NCBI GenBank assembly: GCA_963762565.1
Contig: CAVXLD010000010.1
Span: 1-64,000 of the forward strand
Reading direction: 5' to 3'
Source: an uncultured Verrucomicrobiae bacterium
GTDB taxonomy: Bacteria > Verrucomicrobiota > Verrucomicrobiia > Chthoniobacterales > JAFAMB01
Length of the DNA: 64,000 bases
Position 1 is the stretch's first letter. The number at the start of each line of letters is the position of its first letter. Of the stretch, positions 14,401 through 22,477 are shown piece after piece. The position numbers and the translations under genes were made by a program. Under the pieces are notes generated by a model. It did no database searches and had not been told where the DNA came from. It saw only the letters and a list, made by a program, of their open reading frames with translations.

Positions 14401-17233
14401 GGCAGCGGGTTCGGAAACCGGACGTTTCCTGCGAGAAAGACTAGCTCGCAAGGATGGAGGTGAGCGGGGTTGGCGGACGCCAGTCGTTCGGGAACTTGAG
14501 TTCCGACCGTGGGCCTCGCAAGCGAGGCGCCCTCCAGGGGCGACGGCGGAAGCGAGGCGCGTTTCAGATGGGATTTCGGTAGTCGGAGCTCGCCATCATA
14601 ATCTCAAGAACCTGTCATTGACGTTGCCTCGAGAAAAGATGGTGGTGGTGACCGGTCTCAGCGGATCCGGCAAATCCAGCCTCGCGTTTGACATCTTATT
14701 CGCCGAAGGCCAGCGCCGATTCCTGGACAGTATGTCGACCTATGCTCGCCAATTCGTCGAACAACTGGAGCGACCAGACGTTGACCATGTGGAAGGACTG
14801 CCCCCGAGCGTGGCTATCGAGCAACGTCTGACTCAAGGAGGCGGCAAATCGACGGTTGCGACCGTAACCGAGGTTTATCATTTTCTAAGGTTACTATTCG
14901 CAAAGCTAGGAACCCAGTACTGTCCGCGTTGCCAAGTCCCGGTGGCCAAGCAAAGTGTTTCCGCTATCATTCGCCAGGTTCGGACCTTGGTGCAGAAGGG
15001 CGGCCAACGTCTATTGGCTCCAGTGGTTAAGGCGCGTAAGGGTTATCACAAGGAAGTGGCGGCTTGGGCAGCGCGCGAGGGATATCAGGAGCTGATCGTC
15101 GATGGCAAGCTCTCATCCGTCGCCAATTTCCCGTCTCTCGAGCGATTCAGGGAACACTCTATCGACGTCGTCATCGCCAATTTGCGGACGGCTAAACCGG
15201 GTGACTTACCCGAGCTGGTGCGGACTGCGCTTCAGGTCGGCAACGGTTCAGCATTCGTGACCGATGGAAAATCTCGAACGGTGCTGAGCAGTGAAATGAC
15301 TTGTCCCAACTGCGGTGACGCCTTCGAGGAACTGGATCCGCGTCTTTTCTCTTTCAATTCCCCGCACGGATGGTGCCAGCATTGTAATGGATTCGGCTAC
15401 ATTTTGCCGTTTTCTACCGATGAAGAAGAGGCCGAGTCGAGGCTGGCCGCTGAGCTATTGGCGGAGCGTCGCAGTGAGTGGGTGGACGAGTCGGAAACCA
15501 CGATTTGCGAACATTGTCACGGGTCCAGATTGAATCCGGTGGCTCGAGCGGTGCGACTGGAAAATTTCTCTATAGAAGAGCTGGTGGCAAAGCCGGTCAC
15601 TCATGCCCTGGAAGCAATCCAGACCTTGAAATTCAATGGTGAGTATAAAGAGGTCGCCCAGACTATTCTTCCGGAAATCAAGCAGCGCTTGTTCTTCATG
15701 CGGCAGGTCGGGCTCGATTACCTTGCGCTTAACCGCGCAGCTAAGACGCTCAGCGGCGGTGAATCTCAAAGGATTCGGCTGGCTGCCCAATTGGGTTCTA
15801 ACTTGCGCGGCGTTCTCTACGTATTAGATGAACCCACGATTGGTCTTCATCCACGAGATAATGTCCGGCTTCTGGACACGCTGGTGGCATTAAAGGAAAA
15901 AGGCAACACGCTGGTCGTGGTAGAGCATGATGAAGCCACGATGCAAAGAGCCGATGTCATCGTGGACCTCGGACCTGGCGCCGGCCGTAAAGGGGGCGAA
16001 TTGGTGGCCCAAGGCAGTCTTGAACAAATTTCTGAACATCCCACCTCCGTTACCGGCCGGTATCTACGCCAGCCGATGTTACATCCTTCGCGACCGCGCC
16101 GGCTGCTGGCAGATGCGAATTGGATTTCATTGAGTGGAGCCCGAGCAAATAATTTGAAGGACATCGATGTTCGATTCCCGATCGGACGTTTAACCGTGAT
16201 CACGGGGGTTAGCGGCTCAGGCAAAAGTTCCCTGTTGCGTTCCGTCCTTTTGCCGGCGGTACAACAGTCTTTAAAGGAGACACGTAAGAACTCTGGTCCA
16301 TGGGACCAAGTCTCAGGAGCCGATCAGTTGGGAGGCGTGTTCGAGGTTGATCAGTCGCCGATTGGCAAGACCTCACGTTCAATTCCAGCCACTTACGTGA
16401 AAGTATTTGATGAAATTCGAAAGATGTTTTCCAAGCTTCCGGAAGCTCGGATTCGCGGATACGACGCCAGCCGCTTTTCCTTCAATATGCAGGGAGGCAG
16501 ATGTGAAGTCTGTTCCGGGCAAGGCGCGATCAAGCTGGAGATGAATTTCTTGCCTTCCAGTTGGGTGCCGTGCGACGCCTGTTCCGGCAAGCGTTTTAAC
16601 GAGCAGACCCTAGCCGTTCGGTACAATGAAAAGAGCATCGGCGATGTCTTGGAAATGACGATCGAAGAAGCGGCCGAGTTCTTCCGCGCGCATCCAAAGA
16701 TTCATCTGCCGCTTTCCCTCCTGGTAGAGACAGGGCTTGGCTATTTGCAGCTAGGACAACCGAGCCCAACCCTCAGTGGAGGCGAAGCGCAGCGCATAAA
16801 ACTCGTGAGCGAGCTAAAGACGGGGTTAGCTAAGGAACTAACCGATCGGGTGCGCAAAAATCGTAACCCAAAATCGAACCTCTATCTCTTGGAAGAACCG
16901 ACAATCGGCCTGCACATGGCCGATGTTCAACTTTTGGTGGAAGTGCTTCACCGGCTGGTTGACGACGGCAATACGGTGGTAGTCATTGAACATAATCTGG
17001 ATGTTATCTGCGAAGCGGATTACTTGATCGATGTCGGTCCCGAAGCCGGAGAATTCGGAGGCGAAATTGTGGCCATCGGTTCGCCCGAAGAAGTAGCGAA
17101 GAGCAAAGTTAGCCGGACGGCGCCGTTTTTGAGGAAGATGCTGAAGCTAGGGCGCTCCAAAACGGTAGGGCGAGGCTCCCGAAAGACCGCTCATCTCGAA
17201 CAAGGGAATTTGGAGCTGCCTAACCCAGGATGA
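11459..17233 (+). CDS. uvrA: excinuclease ABC subunit A, double-length form with four ABC domains
   Basis: 1924 aa with four Walker A motifs (GPSGSGKS, GVSGSGKS, GLSGSGKS, GVSGSGKS), four LSGGE signatures and UvrA zinc fingers. Intact ORF. Confidence 0.96.
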   Translation: MGKNASTTAIVIRGARQNNLQGIDLDLELNRLHVVTGPSGSGKSSLAFDTIYAEGQRRYVETFSPYTRQFLERMDKPLVDEIRGIPPAIAIEQANRVRTTRSTVGTITEINDYLKLLMPRIAHAFCPECGREIVPETAESISRKVANELAGKSVLVCFSVAAPPGTQPADFFSFLNQQGFLRVWLDRKVLRTDAPPAVERVPAMVPVIQDRLTVDAKPSARLTEAIEQALKYGKGRVSVVEVESGRRESDTENGRKGDTAKAVSRSTKVGLASQAAPEHKFSTGWHCPYCDLDIRAPSPGLFSFNNPLGACPDCRGFGRTIGIDLNRAMPDRRLSLADGVIKPFQTGSMKECQRDLLKCAAQREVDIHAPFEELPKADQDWVIEGETRPDQTAEEIWESGGWYGVRGFFDWMESRAYKMHVRVFLSRYRSYTLCRTCQGTRFKPETLNFKVVVGNDRYTLSELQQLPLDTLSDVMVQLKAASSEHTSEILLEQVVSRVSYLLEVGLSYLTLDRSTRSLSGGELQRVNLTTCLGASLVNTLFVLDEPSIGLHPRDIHRLVGVLTGLRDKGNTLVVVEHEEAVIQAADSIIEIGPGRGSKGGRLVFQGPLHEIDRALPDSLTAAYLTGKKRIPQPERRRQPKRFIEVVGARENNLKNLTVRLPLGVFCCVTGVSGSGKSTLVQQVLCENMLALKGKPGEEAPGLCSRIVGAHQVDDVVLVDQSPLARSPRSTPAVYVGIFDKIRDLFAALPAAKSAGLTSGSFSFNSGNGRCERCNGLGYEKVEMQFLSDQYVRCAECEGKRYQPHILDVKLDGKSIYEVLELTITEAIAFLARQLENNSEETSKVPTESASQARQRSTDLLRPLLLLEKVGLGYLRLGQPVNVLSGGESQRLKLVGHLTENHRSKLRYLLIFDEPTTGLHFDDIPPLLQLFHELADGGNSILVVEHNLDVIQAADYIIDLGPEAGLKGGQIVAEGTPEQVAKAAGSETGRFLRERLARKDGGERGWRTPVVRELEFRPWASQARRPPGATAEARRVSDGISVVGARHHNLKNLSLTLPREKMVVVTGLSGSGKSSLAFDILFAEGQRRFLDSMSTYARQFVEQLERPDVDHVEGLPPSVAIEQRLTQGGGKSTVATVTEVYHFLRLLFAKLGTQYCPRCQVPVAKQSVSAIIRQVRTLVQKGGQRLLAPVVKARKGYHKEVAAWAAREGYQELIVDGKLSSVANFPSLERFREHSIDVVIANLRTAKPGDLPELVRTALQVGNGSAFVTDGKSRTVLSSEMTCPNCGDAFEELDPRLFSFNSPHGWCQHCNGFGYILPFSTDEEEAESRLAAELLAERRSEWVDESETTICEHCHGSRLNPVARAVRLENFSIEELVAKPVTHALEAIQTLKFNGEYKEVAQTILPEIKQRLFFMRQVGLDYLALNRAAKTLSGGESQRIRLAAQLGSNLRGVLYVLDEPTIGLHPRDNVRLLDTLVALKEKGNTLVVVEHDEATMQRADVIVDLGPGAGRKGGELVAQGSLEQISEHPTSVTGRYLRQPMLHPSRPRRLLADANWISLSGARANNLKDIDVRFPIGRLTVITGVSGSGKSSLLRSVLLPAVQQSLKETRKNSGPWDQVSGADQLGGVFEVDQSPIGKTSRSIPATYVKVFDEIRKMFSKLPEARIRGYDASRFSFNMQGGRCEVCSGQGAIKLEMNFLPSSWVPCDACSGKRFNEQTLAVRYNEKSIGDVLEMTIEEAAEFFRAHPKIHLPLSLLVETGLGYLQLGQPSPTLSGGEAQRIKLVSELKTGLAKELTDRVRKNRNPKSNLYLLEEPTIGLHMADVQLLVEVLHRLVDDGNTVVVIEHNLDVICEADYLIDVGPEAGEFGGEIVAIGSPEEVAKSKVSRTAPFLRKMLKLGRSKTVGRGSRKTAHLEQGNLELPNPG

Positions 17234-17253
17234 GCCGCGAAGCGCTCTTCTTT

Positions 17254-17347
17254 GGTGGGGCGAGGCTCCGGAAATACCCAAATTAGTCGCAGAGTCTTCG
17301 ACTTGTTCTAGCCCTCGACGCCAATGCACCGCGACGCTGCCGAGCCG
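17254..17347 (+). repeat. split-REP unit A (GGTGGGGCGAGGCTCCGGA-63 nt-GCTGCCGAGCCG)
   Basis: Read directly from the sequence; left flank of the RAYT gene. Confidence 0.9.
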
Positions 17348-17374
17348 AAAAGCATCCAGCACCCCTGGCTTGCT

Positions 17375-17833
17375 TTACCACCATTCGTCGTTCTGGTAAA
17401 TCTCGCCACGAAATGGCCAATCCTTGGGCTTTGCCACTAGACCCGCCCGCACAGGATTCATAAACATGTAGCGGCGCTTTTCTTCCGCTCCTTCCCAGGA
17501 TCGGATACGGTGATGAAGCCCCCCAGATTGCCAGCTAAGCTCGCGATTACGTATCGTCTTCATGAACATCGATTTCCAGTATTGGATCCAGCGGTCGAAA
17601 GTTGCAGAGCCATGACCGGGCCTGGCGAAAAGGTGTAAGTGATCGGGCATCAAGATGTAAGGGCCGACCTCCCAATGCGTGGCAGAGCGCCAGATTTGGA
17701 CCAATGTGTCATGGACGTGCGGATCGGCTAACCAAGGTTGGCGCTGCAATGTGCAAACGGTAAGAAAAATCAGGGTCGGCGCGCGATCGTCTTCGATGAT
17801 GCCTTTGGCGGGGTGTTTTCTTTGGGGCAGCAT
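17375..17833 (-). CDS. REP-associated tyrosine transposase (RAYT/TnpA-REP, HUH Y1 family)
   Basis: IFLTVCT, YILMPDHLHLF (HUH), WQSGGLHHRIR and YMFMNPVRAGLV..KDWPF. Flanked by inverted REP units. ATG at 17833. Confidence 0.9.
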   Translation of the reverse strand: MLPQRKHPAKGIIEDDRAPTLIFLTVCTLQRQPWLADPHVHDTLVQIWRSATHWEVGPYILMPDHLHLFARPGHGSATFDRWIQYWKSMFMKTIRNRELSWQSGGLHHRIRSWEGAEEKRRYMFMNPVRAGLVAKPKDWPFRGEIYQNDEWW

Positions 17834-17915
17834 TGTTATATAGTAACATAGATTTTTTATGTTGTATATAAACGACAACCCAGGCGCGACACGCAGAACC
17901 AATACGTCGAGGGCC

Positions 17916-18009
17916 CGGCTCGGCAGCGTTTCGGACTTGTAGATTCGGAAGTCTCCACAACCGAAGGCCTTGGGATGCATTTCCGGTAATTCCGGAGCCT
18001 CGCCCCACC
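17916..18009 (-). repeat. split-REP unit B (63-nt core)
   Basis: Inverted partner of unit A on the other side of the RAYT gene. Confidence 0.9.
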
Positions 18010-18107
18010 AAAGTGGGGGATGCGCCTCGCCCTACCACAAAATTTTCTTGAGCGGGGGTCGAAGCTAGCGGATGGGTGGCGTTCCGTCTTTTTGGACTGA
18101 AGTAACG

Positions 18108-18797
18108 ATGAATCTGAGCCGCAAACTGCAAAAGATCGCCACGGGCGAAGCCTGGGCGAGCGGCATCGATCGCTACTACCGGTGGAAGCATCCGCTGACA
18201 GTGGACTCACTGCTGGAAAACATCGATCGAGGAAAGCTGAATCAAATCTGCGAGAAGTATCATGTGCCCGGCGAAATCAAGGCTTGGCCGAAGTATACAA
18301 ACTATGAGCATTGGCTGGGTAGAGCGGTCGATCATGTTCGAGAGCTTCGACTCGATCGAGAACCGAAACTTCAGATTCTGGATATCGGTAGCGGGGCTGG
18401 ATATTTCCTTTTCGTATTGAAACGACTCGGGCACCGCGTCTTCGGCCTCGACCTGGCCGAACCTGAGTTCTATGGTGAACTTTTCGCCCTGCTCGGACTC
18501 GAGCGCGTTGTTTGGCGGATCGAACCGTTCGAACCATTACCGGACGTCGGCCGTCGCTTTGATCTAGTTACCGCTTTCGCCATCTGTTTCAATGGCCATG
18601 GGAGCGGGAGAATCTGGGATCGGAAAGAATGGGACTTCTTTCTAAACGATCTGCAATCGCGATACCTCAATCCAGGCGCAAGAGTTTTCTTGGCTCTCAA
18701 TCCGGAAGAACACGGGCATTACACTCCGGAGCTTCGCGATTTCTTTCTGCAGCGGGGCGCCAAGATTGATCGGCACCAGATTTGGCTGCAGACTTAG
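18108..18797 (+). CDS. class I SAM-dependent methyltransferase
   Basis: ILDIGSGAGYF motif I and FDLVTAF. Confidence 0.8.
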   Translation: MNLSRKLQKIATGEAWASGIDRYYRWKHPLTVDSLLENIDRGKLNQICEKYHVPGEIKAWPKYTNYEHWLGRAVDHVRELRLDREPKLQILDIGSGAGYFLFVLKRLGHRVFGLDLAEPEFYGELFALLGLERVVWRIEPFEPLPDVGRRFDLVTAFAICFNGHGSGRIWDRKEWDFFLNDLQSRYLNPGARVFLALNPEEHGHYTPELRDFFLQRGAKIDRHQIWLQT

Positions 18798-18980
18798 CGG
18801 TTAGCGGTTCACCGTTCGCGGGTCGCGAGTCTGTATCGTCCTCGTTCTCGTCGTCGTCCTCGTCCTCGAAAGGGGTTGCGATTTGGCGTCGTCCGTTAAG
18901 AGCTAGGGCGTACGAGAGGGCCCTGCTAGCGGATGGGAGCTGTAGGACTTATGGGACTAATAGGACGACGCGGAAATCTC

Positions 18981-19871
18981 CTAAGGTCGTATCGCCGCGA
19001 GTTTTTCCAACACGGTCTTAACGCCCAGGCCGGACATGGTTCGATCCGGGCTCTTTATGACGACCACGTGATCGCCGTTAGGCGCCCAGATCGTGGGATC
19101 GGTTGGACCGAACAGAGCAACGGTGCGAACACCGGTGGCAGCGGCTACGTGCGTAACGCCGCTATCATGTCCGATAAAGAGCGCTGCTTGGCTCAGTTCG
19201 GAAACCAAGTCCCAGAGGGGCCTGTTCGCGCACCGGCGAAGCTTGGTCCTTGGAATCAGAGGTACTATTTCCTCAGCAACGTCCGCATCTGCCTCACCCG
19301 AGATCAGTAAGACTTCATCGAATGCCGACATCAATTCGCCTAAAAGCGCGGCCCAATGACTTGAGGGCCAGGTTTTCTTGGGTGAGCCGCTACCTGGGTG
19401 GATCGCTAACCGGTTGCGAGGCCGGGTCGACAGAGACGCGTTCAATCGAGGAATAGGATCAATCGAGCTAATCCTCAGATCGCGGAGGGGCTGGGAAAGC
19501 TGTTCAACTGCTGGCCGACGTTCGAGGTCGAGTTTGAATGGCCCCTGTAAAAACTTGGCATTCGCCGATGACGCCAGCTTCTGCTCGATTATTCTATCGG
19601 GATCCGATAGATAGCTAAGGACCAAGTCTGCTCTGAGACTTACAAGAACTTGATCCGACAGAACGGCCTCTGGCTTGAAAAGCCCGACCAAGCTTGCTGA
19701 ATTCAAGTCCAGAATCAGATCCGCACAACGGCACGCCAGAACTGCTTGTGGATAGGGCGCAACGAACGTGATCAAACAACGGGGATAAAAATCCCGCAGA
19801 GCCTGCAAGATCGGCAGGGTTAATATGATATCGCCCAGCGCGCCGCCGCGAAGAACGACGATCTGCAACAC
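18981..19871 (-). CDS. glycosyltransferase family 9 (LPS heptosyltransferase-like)
   Basis: RGGALGDIILTLP, IHPGSGSPKKTW and FIGHDSGVTHVAAATG..TVALFGPT. Confidence 0.9.
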   Translation of the reverse strand: MLQIVVLRGGALGDIILTLPILQALRDFYPRCLITFVAPYPQAVLACRCADLILDLNSASLVGLFKPEAVLSDQVLVSLRADLVLSYLSDPDRIIEQKLASSANAKFLQGPFKLDLERRPAVEQLSQPLRDLRISSIDPIPRLNASLSTRPRNRLAIHPGSGSPKKTWPSSHWAALLGELMSAFDEVLLISGEADADVAEEIVPLIPRTKLRRCANRPLWDLVSELSQAALFIGHDSGVTHVAAATGVRTVALFGPTDPTIWAPNGDHVVVIKSPDRTMSGLGVKTVLEKLAAIRP

Positions 19872-19898
19872 AGTAAAAAACGAACCAACAATAGGGGC

Positions 19899-20102
19899 TT
19901 AGTAATTCCCGTAACGGTTGTTGCCGACTCCTGGAATCGCTCCAAGTTGCCCATTACTTTCCCAACCTTGCGGTTGGTTCCAAGGGATCGTGCTTTGCGG
20001 CTGCCCGAACTGCGGCGTCTGGGTTTCTTTCGCCGCTTCTTGGTCAACCTGGCAACCGGCCAACATCAATACCAATCCAAACAATAGGAACAGCGTTCTC
20101 AT
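19899..20102 (-). CDS. small lipoprotein
   Basis: Hydrophobic signal peptide ending in a LAGC lipobox. Confidence 0.65.
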   Translation of the reverse strand: MRTLFLLFGLVLMLAGCQVDQEAAKETQTPQFGQPQSTIPWNQPQGWESNGQLGAIPGVGNNRYGNY

Positions 20103-20103
20103 C

Positions 20104-20820
20104 TTACCTTACCGTAATGCTTACTGGGTCACCTACTGATACCCGCGCGAAATTCTCCGGACCATCAGCCACAAATTGTGCGACGCAACTATTCTTATCA
20201 ACCGAAACCACCCGCAATTGGCCCACCGTCTGACCGTTCTTTTCGACGGTCAAATGCATATTTGTGGTGACGCCCAGGTCGCTACCAAGGCTCACCATCA
20301 ACGCTTGCGCGTCGCGATTCATCGAGAGTATCGTTCCTTCCAAGGTCACCTGAGCTTTCGATTTATTCTTTTCTTTGGAAGTGGCGTTCAACCGCATCTG
20401 GTTCAAAGTGTTTTCAACATTGATTAACCGTACGGCCAGAGATTGCCTATCATCTTCGGCCTGTTTTTTTTGGTCAAGACCACGGCGAGCATCGGTTAAT
20501 TGGTTGGCCAGTTCCTGATTGTCTTTGTCCCGAGCTGCGATTTGATCCGTGAGCTGGGCGAGGTTGGTCTTGGTGGAGGTGAGCTCGGAATTCATTGCGT
20601 CCCGTTGCTGCTCGTTCGTATGCCGCTCGTTTTCGATCTGCTGCCCCATCTGCTGCAAGGTCTTTTGCAGGTCGTCCTGTTTGGCCTGCAACTGCTTTGT
20701 TTTATTGACGGAGGAGGCAAGATCTTGGGTCAGTCGGGCCAACTTATCCCGGTTATAAAAACCCAATCCCGCCGCGCCAATGGCGCAAAGCATCGCAACG
20801 ATCAGAAGAAAACGAGCCAT
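20104..20820 (-). CDS. membrane-anchored coiled-coil hypothetical protein
   Basis: N-terminal TM/signal segment, long Q/E/K/L heptad region, and a beta-rich C-terminus (VSLGSDLGV...VSVGDPV). Confidence 0.7.
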   Translation of the reverse strand: MARFLLIVAMLCAIGAAGLGFYNRDKLARLTQDLASSVNKTKQLQAKQDDLQKTLQQMGQQIENERHTNEQQRDAMNSELTSTKTNLAQLTDQIAARDKDNQELANQLTDARRGLDQKKQAEDDRQSLAVRLINVENTLNQMRLNATSKEKNKSKAQVTLEGTILSMNRDAQALMVSLGSDLGVTTNMHLTVEKNGQTVGQLRVVSVDKNSCVAQFVADGPENFARVSVGDPVSITVR

Positions 20821-21458
20821 GAGTCAAAAAGCTAGAAATACGTTTAGCACGAATGAAACCAAGGATCTAGGAGCTAGAAGCTAGGAGCTAGAAGGGCTTG
20901 ATAGCCGGACAGGCGCCGGGATCAACGTCTCGGCACGCCGGTGGGCGTGGTCTACTTTTGGATCAATCGGGCCTACGCCCTTTCGAAATCGGACCCATCG
21001 TTCGGGGCCCGCCTCCGCCAAGCGACTCGACTGAGCTCGCCGAACGTCCTACGGCGCGGCAGGCTTCGCCCCACCATCAGGAGAAAATTCGTTGCTCTGC
21101 GCTTCTATCCAGCGGAGTAGTAGTGAATCCGTCAGGGGCTATGGATCGGTGACTTACAAACCCCGCCAGGGCAGGAATGCAGCAACGGTAGTATGCTCTC
21201 CGCTGCCGTAGTTCTCTGACGGAGGTTCTACCGTTCGCGGTTCTGTGGTGGCGGGCTTTCCGGTAAAGGCCGCGGCGGAGGGCACAGATGGGACCTATGA
21301 GAGTTATAGGACTAGTATGAACCACGCCCCTACTCGCGTTGGTTCGCGGATACGCCGACACGCCCAAACGCCGTCACGCCGATACGCCTCCTCCTAGATT
21401 CTAGCTCCTCGCTCCTTCTACTATTTGTCGGGACCGCAGCGGCGGTTATCTTGAGCGC

Positions 21459-22160
21459 ATGGAAAGCGTGCTAATTACTGGCGCAAACCGAGGTATTGGT
21501 TACGCCTTGACCAAAGCATTAGTCGCCACAAATTTTCGGGTTTTTGCAGGGTGCCGTAACACGGACGACGCGGTCAGTCTCAAGAAGCTGGCCGCCTCAC
21601 ATCAAGACCTGGTCCAGGTTTTACCTTTCGATGTCAGCTCTGATGAAAGCGCGGCCGCCGCGGCTCACGCGCTCTCAGGTCGCGTCGATGTTATTGTCAA
21701 TAACGCCGGCGTAATGCCCGAACGAGGCGATGAAAAAATAACCAGCGTCGATTTCGAGCATTTTCGAAACGCTTTCGAAATAAACGTGTTGGGCTGCGCC
21801 CGCGTTATCCGTTTTTTTCTTCCCCATCTTCGCAGGAGCAACCGGCCAAGGATCCTGAACCTCTCATCTGGGCTTGGCTCAATTGCAGAACGCGACAATT
21901 CCAGCTACTACGCTTACGCCGTTTCAAAAGCTGCGCTCAATATGCTGACGCGGTCGCTGGCATTCGAGCTAGCTCCTGAGGGAATCACGATCGTTGCCAT
22001 ATCGCCTGGTTGGGTAAGAACCGATATGGGTGGAGACGATGCCGATATTTCGCCGGAAGAATCCGCAGAGGCACTCGCTGAAGCAATCCAACAGATCGGC
22101 CCGAACCTGAACGGTCAGTTTCTCGACCGATTTGGGAAGGCCGGAAAGTATGTTTGGTAG
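21459..22160 (+). CDS. SDR oxidoreductase (CsgA/C-factor-like)
   Basis: ITGANRGIG, VNNAG, YAVSK (YxxxK) and SPGWVRTDMGG. Confidence 0.9.
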   Translation: MESVLITGANRGIGYALTKALVATNFRVFAGCRNTDDAVSLKKLAASHQDLVQVLPFDVSSDESAAAAAHALSGRVDVIVNNAGVMPERGDEKITSVDFEHFRNAFEINVLGCARVIRFFLPHLRRSNRPRILNLSSGLGSIAERDNSSYYAYAVSKAALNMLTRSLAFELAPEGITIVAISPGWVRTDMGGDDADISPEESAEALAEAIQQIGPNLNGQFLDRFGKAGKYVW

Positions 22161-22170
22161 CTCGCAACTT

Positions 22171-22432
22171 GGTGGGGCGAGGCTCCGGAACGGGCTAGAA
22201 CGCCGCACAGGGTTCACCGCATGGGCCGCGATTGTCACGCATTGGGCCGACACGCTGCCGAGCCGCGCCCCTGATTCGGCAACATCCAGAAATCATCCAA
22301 TCGACCCACAGACCGTTCCAGTTGCTACGCACTGGGCCCGGCTCGGCAGCGATTCGGCCCTGCACACAGTATCGTGGAACCCTGCGCCGAACTTTGGAGA
22401 GATCAGGGTCCGTTCCGGAGCCTCGCCCTACC
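22171..22432. repeat. inverted pair of split-REP units C (22171-22265 +) and D (22339-22432 -)
   Basis: Same termini as units A/B; cores of 64 and 63 nt. Confidence 0.9.
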
Positions 22433-22477
22433 AACTGGAAGGTTGAAATCGATCCTCGAATTCGCTAGCAAGGAGCT

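Noticed and set aside
17834..17980. N-terminal extension of the RAYT ORF
   Set aside because: It runs through REP unit B and the AT-rich promoter; the family-like sequence starts at ATG 17833.
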